This document shows positions 43,920 to 54,200 of a DNA stretch of 64,000 nt, piece after piece; position 1 is the stretch's first letter, and each line of letters begins with the position of its first letter. Under the pieces are notes generated by a model that made no database searches, was not told the DNA's origin, and worked only from the letters and a program-made list of their open reading frames with translations. The stretch comes from an uncultured Acidobacteriota bacterium (GTDB taxonomy: Bacteria > Acidobacteriota > Blastocatellia > RBC074). Both the position numbers and the translations under genes were made by a program. Location: the NCBI GenBank assembly GCA_963796275.1, contig CAWCKY010000001.1:864001-928000 (forward strand), in the 5' to 3' direction.

Positions 43920-44330
43920 TCAGCGTGCATGTTTCATATGCTCTTTCAGTATGCAGCGATCCATCACTACCATCAGGCCCGCAGCTCGAGCCCTGTCCGC
44001 CGCTGCCTGATCGATAACGCCCTCCTGCAGCCAAACGGCTTTCATACCCAAACGGATCGCTTCGTCAACATGGGTTCCCGCTTCTTCCGAGCGGCGAAAG
44101 ATGTCTACCAGGTCGACCCTCTCCGGTATTTCAGCCAGCGTCGAATAGGCCCGCTCGCCAAGTATTTCTGTTTCGGCTGGATTGACGGGAATGATGCGGT
44201 AACCGTATTTCTGCATATAACGCGCCACTCCGTAACTCGGGCGGTACGGATTGGACGACAACCCTACGACGGCAATCGCCTTGCATTCTTCGAGGATTTG
44301 TATAATGACTGCAGTATCATTGATATTCAT
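43920..44330 (-). CDS. CoA-binding protein (YccU family)
   Basis: IAVVGLS..PYRPSYGV, PVNP, VDIFRRSE, VWLQEG and VVMDRC motifs. Confidence 0.92.
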   Translation of the reverse strand: MNINDTAVIIQILEECKAIAVVGLSSNPYRPSYGVARYMQKYGYRIIPVNPAETEILGERAYSTLAEIPERVDLVDIFRRSEEAGTHVDEAIRLGMKAVWLQEGVIDQAAADRARAAGLMVVMDRCILKEHMKHAR

Positions 44331-44346
44331 CTTAAATTCTCAAATC

Positions 44347-47300
44347 TCAAATCTCAAATCTCATATGGTGTTCCTGTAGACTGATTACGCTCAGCTTCTC
44401 ATGCCGCATCGCGGCAATTGCGCTCGCCGCCGCATTGGCTCCCGTCAGCGTTGTGAAAGTGACGACGTTGTACTGCATTGCAGCGCGGCGAATAGCCTTC
44501 TCATCGTAAAAAGACGAACGCCCGAGTGGAGTATTGACGATCAAATCGATCTCATCGCTCTTGATCAGGTCGACGACGTTCGGACGTCCTTCGTTGACCT
44601 TATAAACGCGGTCGCAGGGGACGCCCGATTCATTCAGGAAGCCTGCCGTACCGCGCGTCGCGATGATTTTGAATCCGAGCTCGTGCAAACGCTTGGCTAT
44701 GCGAACTGCGTTCTTCTTGTCATTGTCGTTGACGCTGATGAAAGCGGTGCCTTCGAGCGGAAGGCTGGCGTTCGTCCCCATCTGCGCTTTGGCGAAGGCC
44801 AGGCCGAAACTATCGGCCATTCCCATCACCTCCCCGGTCGACCGCATCTCAGGCCCCAGAACAGGGTCGACTCCCGGGAATTTGTTGAATGGAAAAACCG
44901 GTTCTTTGATGAAGAAGCTGTTGACCTTCAGTTCATCGGGCAACTGGAACTCGCTCAATTTTCGCCCGGTCATCACCAGAGCGGCGATCTTCGCGAGCGG
45001 GACGCCCGTCGCCTTCGAAACGAAAGGTACCGTGCGCGAAGCCCGCGGGTTCACTTCGAGGACATAAACGATGTCATCTTTGATTGCAAATTGAATGTTC
45101 ATCAGCCCGCGTACCTCGAGCGCACTCGCAAGCTGGCGTGTGTACCTGCGCATTGTTTCAACATGTTCGGGCTTGACCATGTATGGCGGCAGCACGCACG
45201 ACGAATCGCCGGAATGAATCCCCGCCTCTTCGATGTGCTCCTGAATGCCCGCGATCACGCATCGCGAGCCGTCGGCGAGCGCGTCGACGTCGACCTCAAA
45301 TGCGTCCTCGAGAAAACGGTCTATCAGCACGGGCTTCTCCGGCGAGGCTTCGACGGCGTTTTTCATGTAGCTTTCCAGGCTCGCTTCGTCGAAGGCGATC
45401 ATCATCGCGCGCCCTCCCAGAACGTAACTCGGACGAACGAGTACTGGATAACCGATCGATGCTGCGACGTGCTTCGCATCCTCGACCGTCACCGCCGTAC
45501 CGTTGACCGGTTGCGGAATATGCAGATCGGCGAGCAGTTTGCCGAAGCGTTTGCGGTCTTCCGCCAGATCTATCGATTCGGGGCTGGTGCCGATGATGGG
45601 CACGCCCGCCTGTTGCAATCGCATCGCGAGATTCAATGGCGTCTGACCGCCGAACTGAACTATGACGCCGTCCGGTCTCTCCAGTTCGACGATGTGCATG
45701 ACGTCTTCAAAAGTTAGGGGCTCAAAGTAGAGACGATCGGATGTGTCGTAATCTGTTGAGACGGTCTCCGGATTGCAGTTGACCATGATGGTCTCGAATC
45801 CGGCATCTTTCAGCGCAAATGATGCGTGACAGCAGCAGTAGTCGAACTCGATCCCCTGGCCGATGCGGTTGGGACCTGAACCGAGTATGGCGATCTTCTT
45901 ACCATCCCTGGGTCCGGCTTCACATTCGCTCTCATAAGTAGAATAGAGGTAGGGAGTGAAAGACTCGAATTCAGCGCCGCAGGTGTCAACCCGCTTATAG
46001 ACCGGTTTGATGCCCTCGGCCTGGCGCCTTGCGCGGACCTGGTCCTCGCCGCATTTGAGCAGGTCTGCCATCCGCACATCGGAGATGCCCATCCGCTTCG
46101 CCTGATAAAGCCGTTCAGCGGAGAGCGATGTCAGGCTCTCCTGCTTAAGATCATTTTGAAAATCGGCGATCTGTTTGAGCTGAGTCAAGAACCACCGATC
46201 GATGCTCGTCAATTCGTAGATTTCATCCAGCGTCCAGCCGCGCTCGAAGGCCGCATTCAAATAATGTATGCGCTCAGCATTGGGGATTATCAGTTTGCGG
46301 CGCAGGGTCTCATCGTCAGGATATCCGGTGAAGGCCGGTCCGCGATTTTCCAATGAGCGCACTCCTTTGAGAAAAGCTTCCTTGAAAGTGCGGCCGATGG
46401 CCATCACCTCGCCCACTGATTTCATCTGCGTACCGAGACTATCTTCGACGCCGGGAAATTTCTCGAACGCCCACTTGGGGATTTTGACCACGATATAGTC
46501 GATCGTCGGTTCGAATGATGCCGGAGTCTTCTTCGTGATGTCGTTCGGGATTTCATCCAGGGTATAACCGACCGCGAGCTTAGCGGCGATCTTCGCGATC
46601 GGAAAGCCCGTGGCTTTTGAAGCCAGGGCCGATGAACGCGACACGCGCGGGTTCATTTCGATGACCCGCAAATCTCCGTTGCGCGGATTCACGGAAAATT
46701 GGATATTAGATCCGCCCGTCTCGACGCCGACTTTGCGAATGATCTTGATGGCGGCGTCGCGCATTATCTGATATTCGCGATCGGTCAGCGTCTGCGCGGG
46801 AGCCACGGTTATCGAGTCGCCGGTGTGCACGCCCATCGCATCGAAGTTTTCGATCGAGCAGATGATGACGACGTTGTCGGCCAGGTCGCGCATCACTTCA
46901 AGCTCGTATTCCTTCCACCCGATGATCGATTCTTCGACCAGTATTTCGCTGATCGGACTGGCTGTGAGACCGCGCTCGGCGATCTCCTCAAGCTCTTCGC
47001 CGTTATAAGCAATGCCGCCGCCGGTGCCGCCGAGCGTGAAGCTCGGCCGGATGATTATCGGGAAGTTGGTCTCTTCGGCGGCCACCAGCGCTTCCGCCAT
47101 GGTGCGGCAGAACCTGGCCTTGGGCATCTGCAACCCTATCTCATCCATCGCTTTTTTGAACAGCAGGCGATCTTCGGCGATTTTGATGGCATCAAGTTTG
47201 GCGCCTATCAATTCGATTCCGTATTTTTCAAGCACGCCTGATTCGGCTAGCTTGACGGTCAGATTCAAAGCGGTCTGTCCACCGACGGTCGGCAGCAGGG

Positions 47301-47553
47301 CGTCTGGCCGTTCGCGTTCGATGATGGCAGTCAGCGTCTCGACTGTAAGCGGTTCGACATAGGTTCGGTCGGCTAATTCCGGATCAGTCATTATCGTGGC
47401 TGGGTTGGAATTGACCAGAACTACATTGAAGCCCTCCTGTCTGAGCGCCTTGCACGCCTGAGTTCCGGAATAATCGAACTCGCAAGCCTGACCGATGACG
47501 ATCGGCCCGGAGCCAATGATGAGAATCTTATTTAGATCAGTTCGTTTGGGCAT
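44347..47553 (-). CDS. carB: Carbamoyl-phosphate synthase large subunit
   Basis: Starts [24 protein letters not shown]; two ATP-grasp halves and a C-terminal MGS domain. Confidence 0.98.
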   Translation of the reverse strand: MPKRTDLNKILIIGSGPIVIGQACEFDYSGTQACKALRQEGFNVVLVNSNPATIMTDPELADRTYVEPLTVETLTAIIERERPDALLPTVGGQTALNLTVKLAESGVLEKYGIELIGAKLDAIKIAEDRLLFKKAMDEIGLQMPKARFCRTMAEALVAAEETNFPIIIRPSFTLGGTGGGIAYNGEELEEIAERGLTASPISEILVEESIIGWKEYELEVMRDLADNVVIICSIENFDAMGVHTGDSITVAPAQTLTDREYQIMRDAAIKIIRKVGVETGGSNIQFSVNPRNGDLRVIEMNPRVSRSSALASKATGFPIAKIAAKLAVGYTLDEIPNDITKKTPASFEPTIDYIVVKIPKWAFEKFPGVEDSLGTQMKSVGEVMAIGRTFKEAFLKGVRSLENRGPAFTGYPDDETLRRKLIIPNAERIHYLNAAFERGWTLDEIYELTSIDRWFLTQLKQIADFQNDLKQESLTSLSAERLYQAKRMGISDVRMADLLKCGEDQVRARRQAEGIKPVYKRVDTCGAEFESFTPYLYSTYESECEAGPRDGKKIAILGSGPNRIGQGIEFDYCCCHASFALKDAGFETIMVNCNPETVSTDYDTSDRLYFEPLTFEDVMHIVELERPDGVIVQFGGQTPLNLAMRLQQAGVPIIGTSPESIDLAEDRKRFGKLLADLHIPQPVNGTAVTVEDAKHVAASIGYPVLVRPSYVLGGRAMMIAFDEASLESYMKNAVEASPEKPVLIDRFLEDAFEVDVDALADGSRCVIAGIQEHIEEAGIHSGDSSCVLPPYMVKPEHVETMRRYTRQLASALEVRGLMNIQFAIKDDIVYVLEVNPRASRTVPFVSKATGVPLAKIAALVMTGRKLSEFQLPDELKVNSFFIKEPVFPFNKFPGVDPVLGPEMRSTGEVMGMADSFGLAFAKAQMGTNASLPLEGTAFISVNDNDKKNAVRIAKRLHELGFKIIATRGTAGFLNESGVPCDRVYKVNEGRPNVVDLIKSDEIDLIVNTPLGRSSFYDEKAIRRAAMQYNVVTFTTLTGANAAASAIAAMRHEKLSVISLQEHHMRFEI

Positions 47554-47639
47554 TCCTTGAAGATTTTCGATTTGAAATTTGGTTTTGAACTACAAAAGTA
47601 TCATAAGGAGGCAGTAGAAGAGGAGGACGCAGAAGAAAA

Positions 47640-47731
47640 TTTTAAATTTTAGATTTGACATTTTAGATTTTAGATTTAGAAGATAAATCTAAAATCTAAA
47701 ATCTAAAATCTAAAATCTAAAATCTAAAATC
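47640..47731. repeat. Heptamer tandem array (AAAATCT)n with inverted (AGATTTT)n arm
   Basis: ttttagattttagatttag ... aaatctaaaatctaaaatctaaaatctaaaatctaaaatctaaaatc. Confidence 0.9.
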
Positions 47732-47742
47732 GTATTCTGTCT

Positions 47743-49821
47743 TTACACTTCTTCGCGCTTGCGCAATCTCAATTCGGCGAGTTTCCATCGTGGCCAGTTC
47801 GATGTACGGTTGTAACGGCTGTTAGCTTGCGCCAGGCCGTCGACGCGCGTTGAACTGCAATGTGGGCAGATACCGTGTAGACCGCGCGACAACTTTTGAC
47901 AGACATTGCAAACCGTAAATTCCGGTGAAATAGTTAATGCAGATACTTCTGTTCGATGGTATGCATGAGCGATGATCGAAGCCAGATAATCGGATGACGG
48001 GAGTCCGACCCCCAGCCAGAGATCGGTGGTCGCATTCCAGACTTGACCTCCCTGCAGTGCGCCTTCAATTTCGATTTTTTCGGTTGCGCTGATTTCGGTC
48101 GCCACCGGCAGTTTGACGGAGTTGGTGTAGAAGACCTCTTCCTCATCCAGGTTTCCGATCGACTGAGGGACAATCGTGGGACCGAATTTTCTGACATCGA
48201 GGCGCGCGAGCCGGTGCGGAGCAATGATGTCGTGCGACTCTGCGATCAGGAATCGGACTTTATGTTTGGCCGATAGACGTTCGGCTTCTGCGTTGAGATG
48301 AGTCACGACGCGTCTGGCAAAATCACGGCTGGCGAGAGAATCTATGAGCGAAGAGCCGGTCACGGTCTCAGTCATTTCGGCGAGACCGACCGGGCAGATG
48401 GCGTGTGCGGTCCAACTCAGCGGTATGAACGGTTCCTTGTCCGGGCGCATTGCAAGCATTGCCAGTACGCCTGCCTCACCGCGAGCGAGCAGCTTCTCCA
48501 GGAAAACCCTCTTTTCCAGCGACGCCTGGGCCGCAAGTTCGAGAAGAGATGTCAAAAGCTCGAATACCTTTACCTGGTTGAATTCAGAACGGTAGCCGAC
48601 GCGCGGAAGATTTATCGCAACCGATGAGAAGATGGCCGCACGCCACTGCCAGCTATCGCCCGCCCTTTGCAGCTTGTCCGCGCCTACGCCGTAGCGCGCG
48701 GTGAACACCGATTCATCGCTGTTGTTCGGGTTCGTTCTATCGAAAGCCAGCACGACGCCGCCGCGCTCGCTCGCGACGCGGGTTACGAGATCGAGGAAAC
48801 CACGGTTTCCGGGATTGGCTATGAATTGTTCGTTCAAATGGAGGATCGGACGCGGCCCAATGAATGAGAATCCCTGGCCGTCGCCTTCGAGATAGACCTC
48901 GAACAATATTTTGAGGAAAGTGCGCGCGACTTCGCCCACCGAACCGTAGCTGATGCTGAGTTTCTCGCCTCCCGCGCCTACTATCGGTAGCTTGAGGAGG
49001 TAAGAAGGCGCATCCCAATCCAGGTGCAGGTCGCATCGCACCGGTTGCCCCCCGCGCGCGATCGTCGGGGCAGAAAGCTCGAACAATAATTTTTGTGCGA
49101 GCTGCCTCATCTCTCGCTGGTTGAGACCTACAAGCATCGGTGCGAGCGCGAAGTTGACCGAATCCCACGCGAGCGCATCGCTGAAATACCCCTGTAAGGC
49201 CGCGCTCAGCGTGACGAAATGTGACGCCAGCACCTCGGGCCGTTTGGCCGGGCGCGACCCCGCGAATCCACCCGGCAGCTTGATACCGTGGCGTTTGATG
49301 AAATCGATTGTGCCGATCATGTTCGACGGACGGTCGACTTCTCCCAGGTTTTCAATATGAAAATCGCCTTCCAGATGGGCATTCGCCACGGCATCCGAAA
49401 AAACATAGAGCATGGCGAACTCGCGTTTGATCGCTTCAGCCAGAGCGAGGCTCGTGCCCTCAGGCCCGTGCACTACGGCTGATTCGCTCGACACCGATTG
49501 GATGATGCGGTCTACGTCATAGACCGGAACGCCCAATCTCGAGTGCGCGCTGTATTCAGTCATTAATCCGTATTCGAGCAGCTTTGCATCAACGAGCCCG
49601 CGGATCAGCGGCGCGGTCAGCGCCCGGATGCCGGAGCGTTCTATCTGTTCTTTGACCTCGTTAGCGATCTGTTGCGCGATCTCCGGCGCCAGATTGGTTT
49701 CGCGTACAAGAGCATCGGTTATGCGTTGAGGATCGAAACGCGCATATTTCTCATCCGATTGTCTGACGAGCAGTTCGGATTCGGTCAGGGTGATATTTAC
49801 TTTTTCCTGAAGTATATTCAT
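47743..49821 (-). CDS. Class III anaerobic ribonucleotide reductase (NrdD) homolog with ATP cone, predicted catalytically inactive
   Basis: ATP cone (FDPQRITDALVRET..LTAPLIR), AHLEGDFH, ARGGQ, INLPR, YTNS, SPEFTVCNVC and CPHC are present. The glycyl-radical loop and active-site Cys are substituted. Confidence 0.85.
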   Translation of the reverse strand: MNILQEKVNITLTESELLVRQSDEKYARFDPQRITDALVRETNLAPEIAQQIANEVKEQIERSGIRALTAPLIRGLVDAKLLEYGLMTEYSAHSRLGVPVYDVDRIIQSVSSESAVVHGPEGTSLALAEAIKREFAMLYVFSDAVANAHLEGDFHIENLGEVDRPSNMIGTIDFIKRHGIKLPGGFAGSRPAKRPEVLASHFVTLSAALQGYFSDALAWDSVNFALAPMLVGLNQREMRQLAQKLLFELSAPTIARGGQPVRCDLHLDWDAPSYLLKLPIVGAGGEKLSISYGSVGEVARTFLKILFEVYLEGDGQGFSFIGPRPILHLNEQFIANPGNRGFLDLVTRVASERGGVVLAFDRTNPNNSDESVFTARYGVGADKLQRAGDSWQWRAAIFSSVAINLPRVGYRSEFNQVKVFELLTSLLELAAQASLEKRVFLEKLLARGEAGVLAMLAMRPDKEPFIPLSWTAHAICPVGLAEMTETVTGSSLIDSLASRDFARRVVTHLNAEAERLSAKHKVRFLIAESHDIIAPHRLARLDVRKFGPTIVPQSIGNLDEEEVFYTNSVKLPVATEISATEKIEIEGALQGGQVWNATTDLWLGVGLPSSDYLASIIAHAYHRTEVSALTISPEFTVCNVCQKLSRGLHGICPHCSSTRVDGLAQANSRYNRTSNWPRWKLAELRLRKREEV

Positions 49822-49876
49822 GTGTTGGGGAGCGATAGCACAAATATTTTAGCGATCGGCGAAAAGAGATCGCCTT

Positions 49877-50677
49877 TCACCATTTACAAAAATGATCGAG
49901 CGGCCCGGCTCCGTGCCCCAGCTCCGGCGCAGCTCGTAACGCCGCTTCCAGATATCGCTTGGCGCGGGGGACGGCCTCGGGGATTCCTTCGCCTCGTGCG
50001 AGCAGCGCAGCAATGGCCGATGCGAGCGTGCAGCCAGTGCCGTGCGTATTGCGCGTCGAAATCCGCGGAGCACGAAAGACATGAAACTCGCGCCCGTCAT
50101 CGAGAACATCGATCGCCTCAGCATCGGGCAAGTGACCGCCCTTGACGAGGACCGCGTTTCGATGGGAGCCATGTGATTGCGCCCGGCACAACTCATGCAG
50201 CGCGCGGGCAGCCCGTTTCATCCCATCCGCGTCTTCTACTTTCAAGCCGGTGAGCAATTCAGCCTCCGGGATGTTGGGCGTAATCACATCTGCGAGCGGA
50301 AATATCCGTTCGATCAATATTTTTGTGTCATCAATCAGCTGGTAACCGCTGGTCGACATGATGACCGGGTCCAGTACCACATTTTGCAGAGCGTAGCGTT
50401 CAATCGTCTCAGCCACGACATCAATGATCTCCCGGTTCGGTAGCATCCCGATTTTGACCGCAGCGATCTTGAAGTCACTGATGATCGGATCGATTTGCGC
50501 GCGCAGCACATCAGCAGGATTATGGTATGCGCCGTATACGGCAACTGTATTCTGCGAGGTAATGGAAGTGATCGCCGCCGTGCCGTAGCACCCGAAAGCA
50601 GCGAAGGTTTTGAGATCAGCCAACACCCCCGCCCCGCCCGAAGGATCGAATCCGGCTATTGAAATCAGTGTAAGCAT
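49877..50677 (-). CDS. thiD: Hydroxymethylpyrimidine/phosphomethylpyrimidine kinase
   Basis: IAGFDPSGGAG, VKIGML, LDPV, TPNIPEA, VKGGH and THGTGCT motifs; GAGGAG RBS. Confidence 0.95.
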   Translation of the reverse strand: MLTLISIAGFDPSGGAGVLADLKTFAAFGCYGTAAITSITSQNTVAVYGAYHNPADVLRAQIDPIISDFKIAAVKIGMLPNREIIDVVAETIERYALQNVVLDPVIMSTSGYQLIDDTKILIERIFPLADVITPNIPEAELLTGLKVEDADGMKRAARALHELCRAQSHGSHRNAVLVKGGHLPDAEAIDVLDDGREFHVFRAPRISTRNTHGTGCTLASAIAALLARGEGIPEAVPRAKRYLEAALRAAPELGHGAGPLDHFCKW

Positions 50678-51109
50678 GATAAAGATCTACTCCTCAGCAC
50701 GAAGCCGAGACATTCGTTTAGTGGGATTTCATTCTTTAGGTGCTTACCTGTGCCGGAAGAAGCGCTAATACTACTCAATTCTTGGGGCGTATTAGCTACC
50801 TCAATCAGCTTCCGTATCGACCAACCGATCGGATACACGTTATCTGGTGGGTTCGTCCACGGATAATAGCATTATATTGGGTAGTGGTAAAGAGAAGGAC
50901 TATTCGGGGGGTAAAAGAGAGAGAGAGATTCCATGTCTACGGATTTAACCACACCCCTGAATTTACCGCTAAAGAATTAAAAGCTCGGATTGTGATTGAG
51001 TGTGATGAACGATAATTCTGAAGGATTGTGGCCTATGGTGGATGGGAGGAAATATCGACGGATTTGCCCCCCCGGTTTGGCGAATTACTTGAGCGGGGTG
51101 CGCAGTCCA

Positions 51110-51298
51110 ACTTGCTCAACATTTGCTGGAGTTTTACGAGGATTTCAGCGCTGGGGCGTCGTTTTCCGTTGATGACACTCGATAAATGTGCTGGGTCAAT
51201 TCCGGCCAGTGCGTCGAGTTTTCTCAGACTGATTTTTCTTTTTTTGGATGGCTCGCTTCCCTCTCGAAAGGGTTTCGGCAGCCTCTTTCTTCGCTTTT
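51110..51298 (-). pseudogene. Start-less XRE-family HTH remnant
   Basis: Manual minus-strand translation gives KISLRKLDALAGIDPAHLSSVINGKRRPSAEILVKLQQML; no start codon found in frame downstream of the STAND gene. Confidence 0.55.
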
Positions 51299-54200
51299 TT
51301 AAGAGTGATTATCGTCGTTTGAGCGAAACACTTTCTTAACTGTGATTGGTGAAGAACCCCCGATCTGACTGATTCTATCAAAAATGTCCGGGCGTATAAG
51401 CAATTCGCACCCTTCCAATCGATGGTGTTCCGAGTTAATCGCGTCATCAAGTGGACGAGTATTCCAATATCGAAGAACAACGGCATCCTGGTTTGAAGAG
51501 TCAAGCAAGGTATATTTTCTTGAGTCCGGATAGGGGCGTAGGTGACAAGTGGCCATAAGCATTGGGTGTAGTACTAGTACAGGGAATAAACCTAATTTAT
51601 CATCAACACGCTCAACACCCACTAAAGGCCCTCTAAAAGAGTAAATCACTTTAGATGTCGGTTCCTGAAGTTGAAACCAAGTTTCCGCCTCCCCAACAGC
51701 AAGTAGGGGTGAATAAGAGTCCGGACTTTGAACTATGTCCGGAAATTGAATATCAGATACCGCCGTCACATAGCCAGCGAAATCGTGCCATCCACGGATG
51801 ATAAGCTCTCGCTCAACATAACCACAGCGAACCCAGCCTGAATATTCATCATCTCCCCTTATAGTCTCTACACCGGCAGTATAATCGTACTGCTCGTGAG
51901 GGAGTGACAAGCGTGGCCTGACAGTCCGACTGTGCCATTTGGCTATATAAAGAGGTAGATTAGGTAGAATGCTCAAAGCAAGTTCAAAGTTCGTTTCAGC
52001 CCTCCACAGCCCTGATCGCCAGAGTGTTTCATCGACGCCATTCAAAATTTCGTTCAAAGCACACTCAAAAACTTCATCTTCCCAGGCAAACATTCTTAAC
52101 TGAGGTAATTTATTGTAAAGCCAACTTGTGGCAGCTTCTTGGCGTAATCTTGATCTTTCTTTGTGAATACTGGAACTCTCCCAAATATAATTGAATCGTT
52201 TCGCTACCAGCGATGGGAATTCAGGCCAGAAACCGGCAATATGTTCAATCCGCTCATTACAGTCCAATGAGAGAACAGCGACTTGTTTTCGCTGACCTAT
52301 GTTCTCACTTATAGAATAGTCAAAGTTTCCCAAAACGGTTATTGTCTCAATGCCAGCACGTTCGAGAAGATTTTTTGCCAGTACCCGAAGTCCAAAAAGT
52401 CCGGACTTTGCAAAGCCTTGAAATTCATTCTGCAGCGCTTTAGTTATTGGGTATGATGTTGGCTCCGCTTCAACTATGACCCGCAAGATTGCAAGGATCG
52501 AACTGAGAGGGGTATCAAGGCTAAAACAATAGCGCAATGGTGCAATGGCTAGAGAAGGGTATAAGCTAAGAATTTTTGCCAAACCAACAAGTGCAGTTGT
52601 TTTTCGCTTCAACTCTGGGTGACTTACTCTAGCCAGAAGAAGGGCAATGAGTGATTCATCAATTGACCAACTAGGCGTCTCCTCAGGCAAATATGTCTCA
52701 ATAATACCGGCATCATGTTCACAATCTGGGAGCCTGTGACGAATAACTTCATATGCCGCTTGCCATACGGAATTTGCGTTCGTGCTGAGTTCAGATATCG
52801 CACAGGCCTCAACCAGATGATGCGTCAATCCACGAACTACCCCTCGCTCATTCAGCCAGTACACAACTTCATCTGCAAAATGTTTTTCAGCATCCTGGGG
52901 TGAGAGAGCAAGAGCATGAGATAGCCAAGGTAGTTGTTCCATATCACCAAGGCATAAGTACCCTCCTCCTCCGCGAGAGTGTGCATATGCTAATATTAGG
53001 GCAAACGAGGCAGCGCCAGTGTACCCGTATCTTTCAAGCCCTTCTGCGAGTATCTTTTAGCGGCTCTGCCTCATGGTAAAAGGCATTTTCTCTGGCGAAG
53101 CATCTTAGCAGGCGCAAGGCATCTTCTCCCCTATTACTCTGGAGCAATTCTAGCAAGCGAAAGCCGATAGCATTAACGATGCGGCTTTGATTCTTATTAT
53201 TCTTGTCGAAGGTTCGCCAAGATGAACGAATAGTTCTCATCGCTTCCAATAGTCCTGCGTTGGCGGGAAAGGTCGGGGAATCTTTAAATAATAGATAAGG
53301 ATCAGATTTTGGAACGTATGCCGTATCTTCCTGTCTTTCTTCCGGATCAATAGGGTCTTCTGCATGCGGCAAGAAAAGTCCGTGAGACCTTGCAAATGTC
53401 TGAAGCTGTTCGTAAGCGGTCGTATTGAACTGCTTGGCATCACCGTGAACCTGAGCGGCAAGTATGCGAAGCGATTGCTCGCCCTCGCTTACACTTATTG
53501 CAAGGATGTGCTCAATGGTATTTAAACGCTGTGCTACATCTTTGATACCATCACCGTTTGTCAAAGTAGATTCCAAGAAAAATATGAGAAAAGGATTGGC
53601 AATGTCTCGTGCATTATCTATTACTTTAATAATACTTTCTTCATACCGCCAATCAATTTGGCCTCCGTCCTTAATAAGAGAGCGCACCATTATGAACGAC
53701 GCTGCTACAATATCAACTTTAGCTATCGCGCCAACCCAGTGGATCGGTGCATACTGTGTTCCTTTGCCATCAGTGTGAGCAACTGCGGCGTTTACTAGAG
53801 GTTGCGTCGCAGCGAGTGCGTTGAGCGCGTGTCGTATGCTGCTTTTACGGAGTATGGGAGCGCTCTCCAACAACTCAAAAATTGTGGCGTCCTTGCGAAA
53901 GCCATAACCGCAAAGTTGCACTGCAACAGATTCCCATAGTTTTTGTGCCTCTTCTTCCTGTCCGCCTGCATTCAAGGCCAGTGCAAGCAACATATCCTGT
54001 TGTGCGAGGGTTTCGTACAACCATCCACGGGATTTATTTTCCTTTATCAGTTGCTTAAATTCAGAAATTAGGCTTGGGTTCAGCTCTGGATTATCTGCAA
54101 ACGGCAACAAGATTTTGATGAAGTCCGCTGGCGTCAATGGGCCGCTCTGAGAATTTTGAAGCGAAACAGTAGTTCCATTCGAAATCTCAACCAAATGTTT

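Noticed and set aside
47743-49821. Annotating this gene as a functional nrdD
   Set aside because: The radical Gly and catalytic Cys motifs are missing and no nrdG is adjacent, so the gene symbol was withheld.
50740-51015. 91 aa plus-strand ORF with an NHTPEF motif reminiscent of a metallopeptidase tail
   Set aside because: No HExxH motif and a weak start; too little evidence to call.
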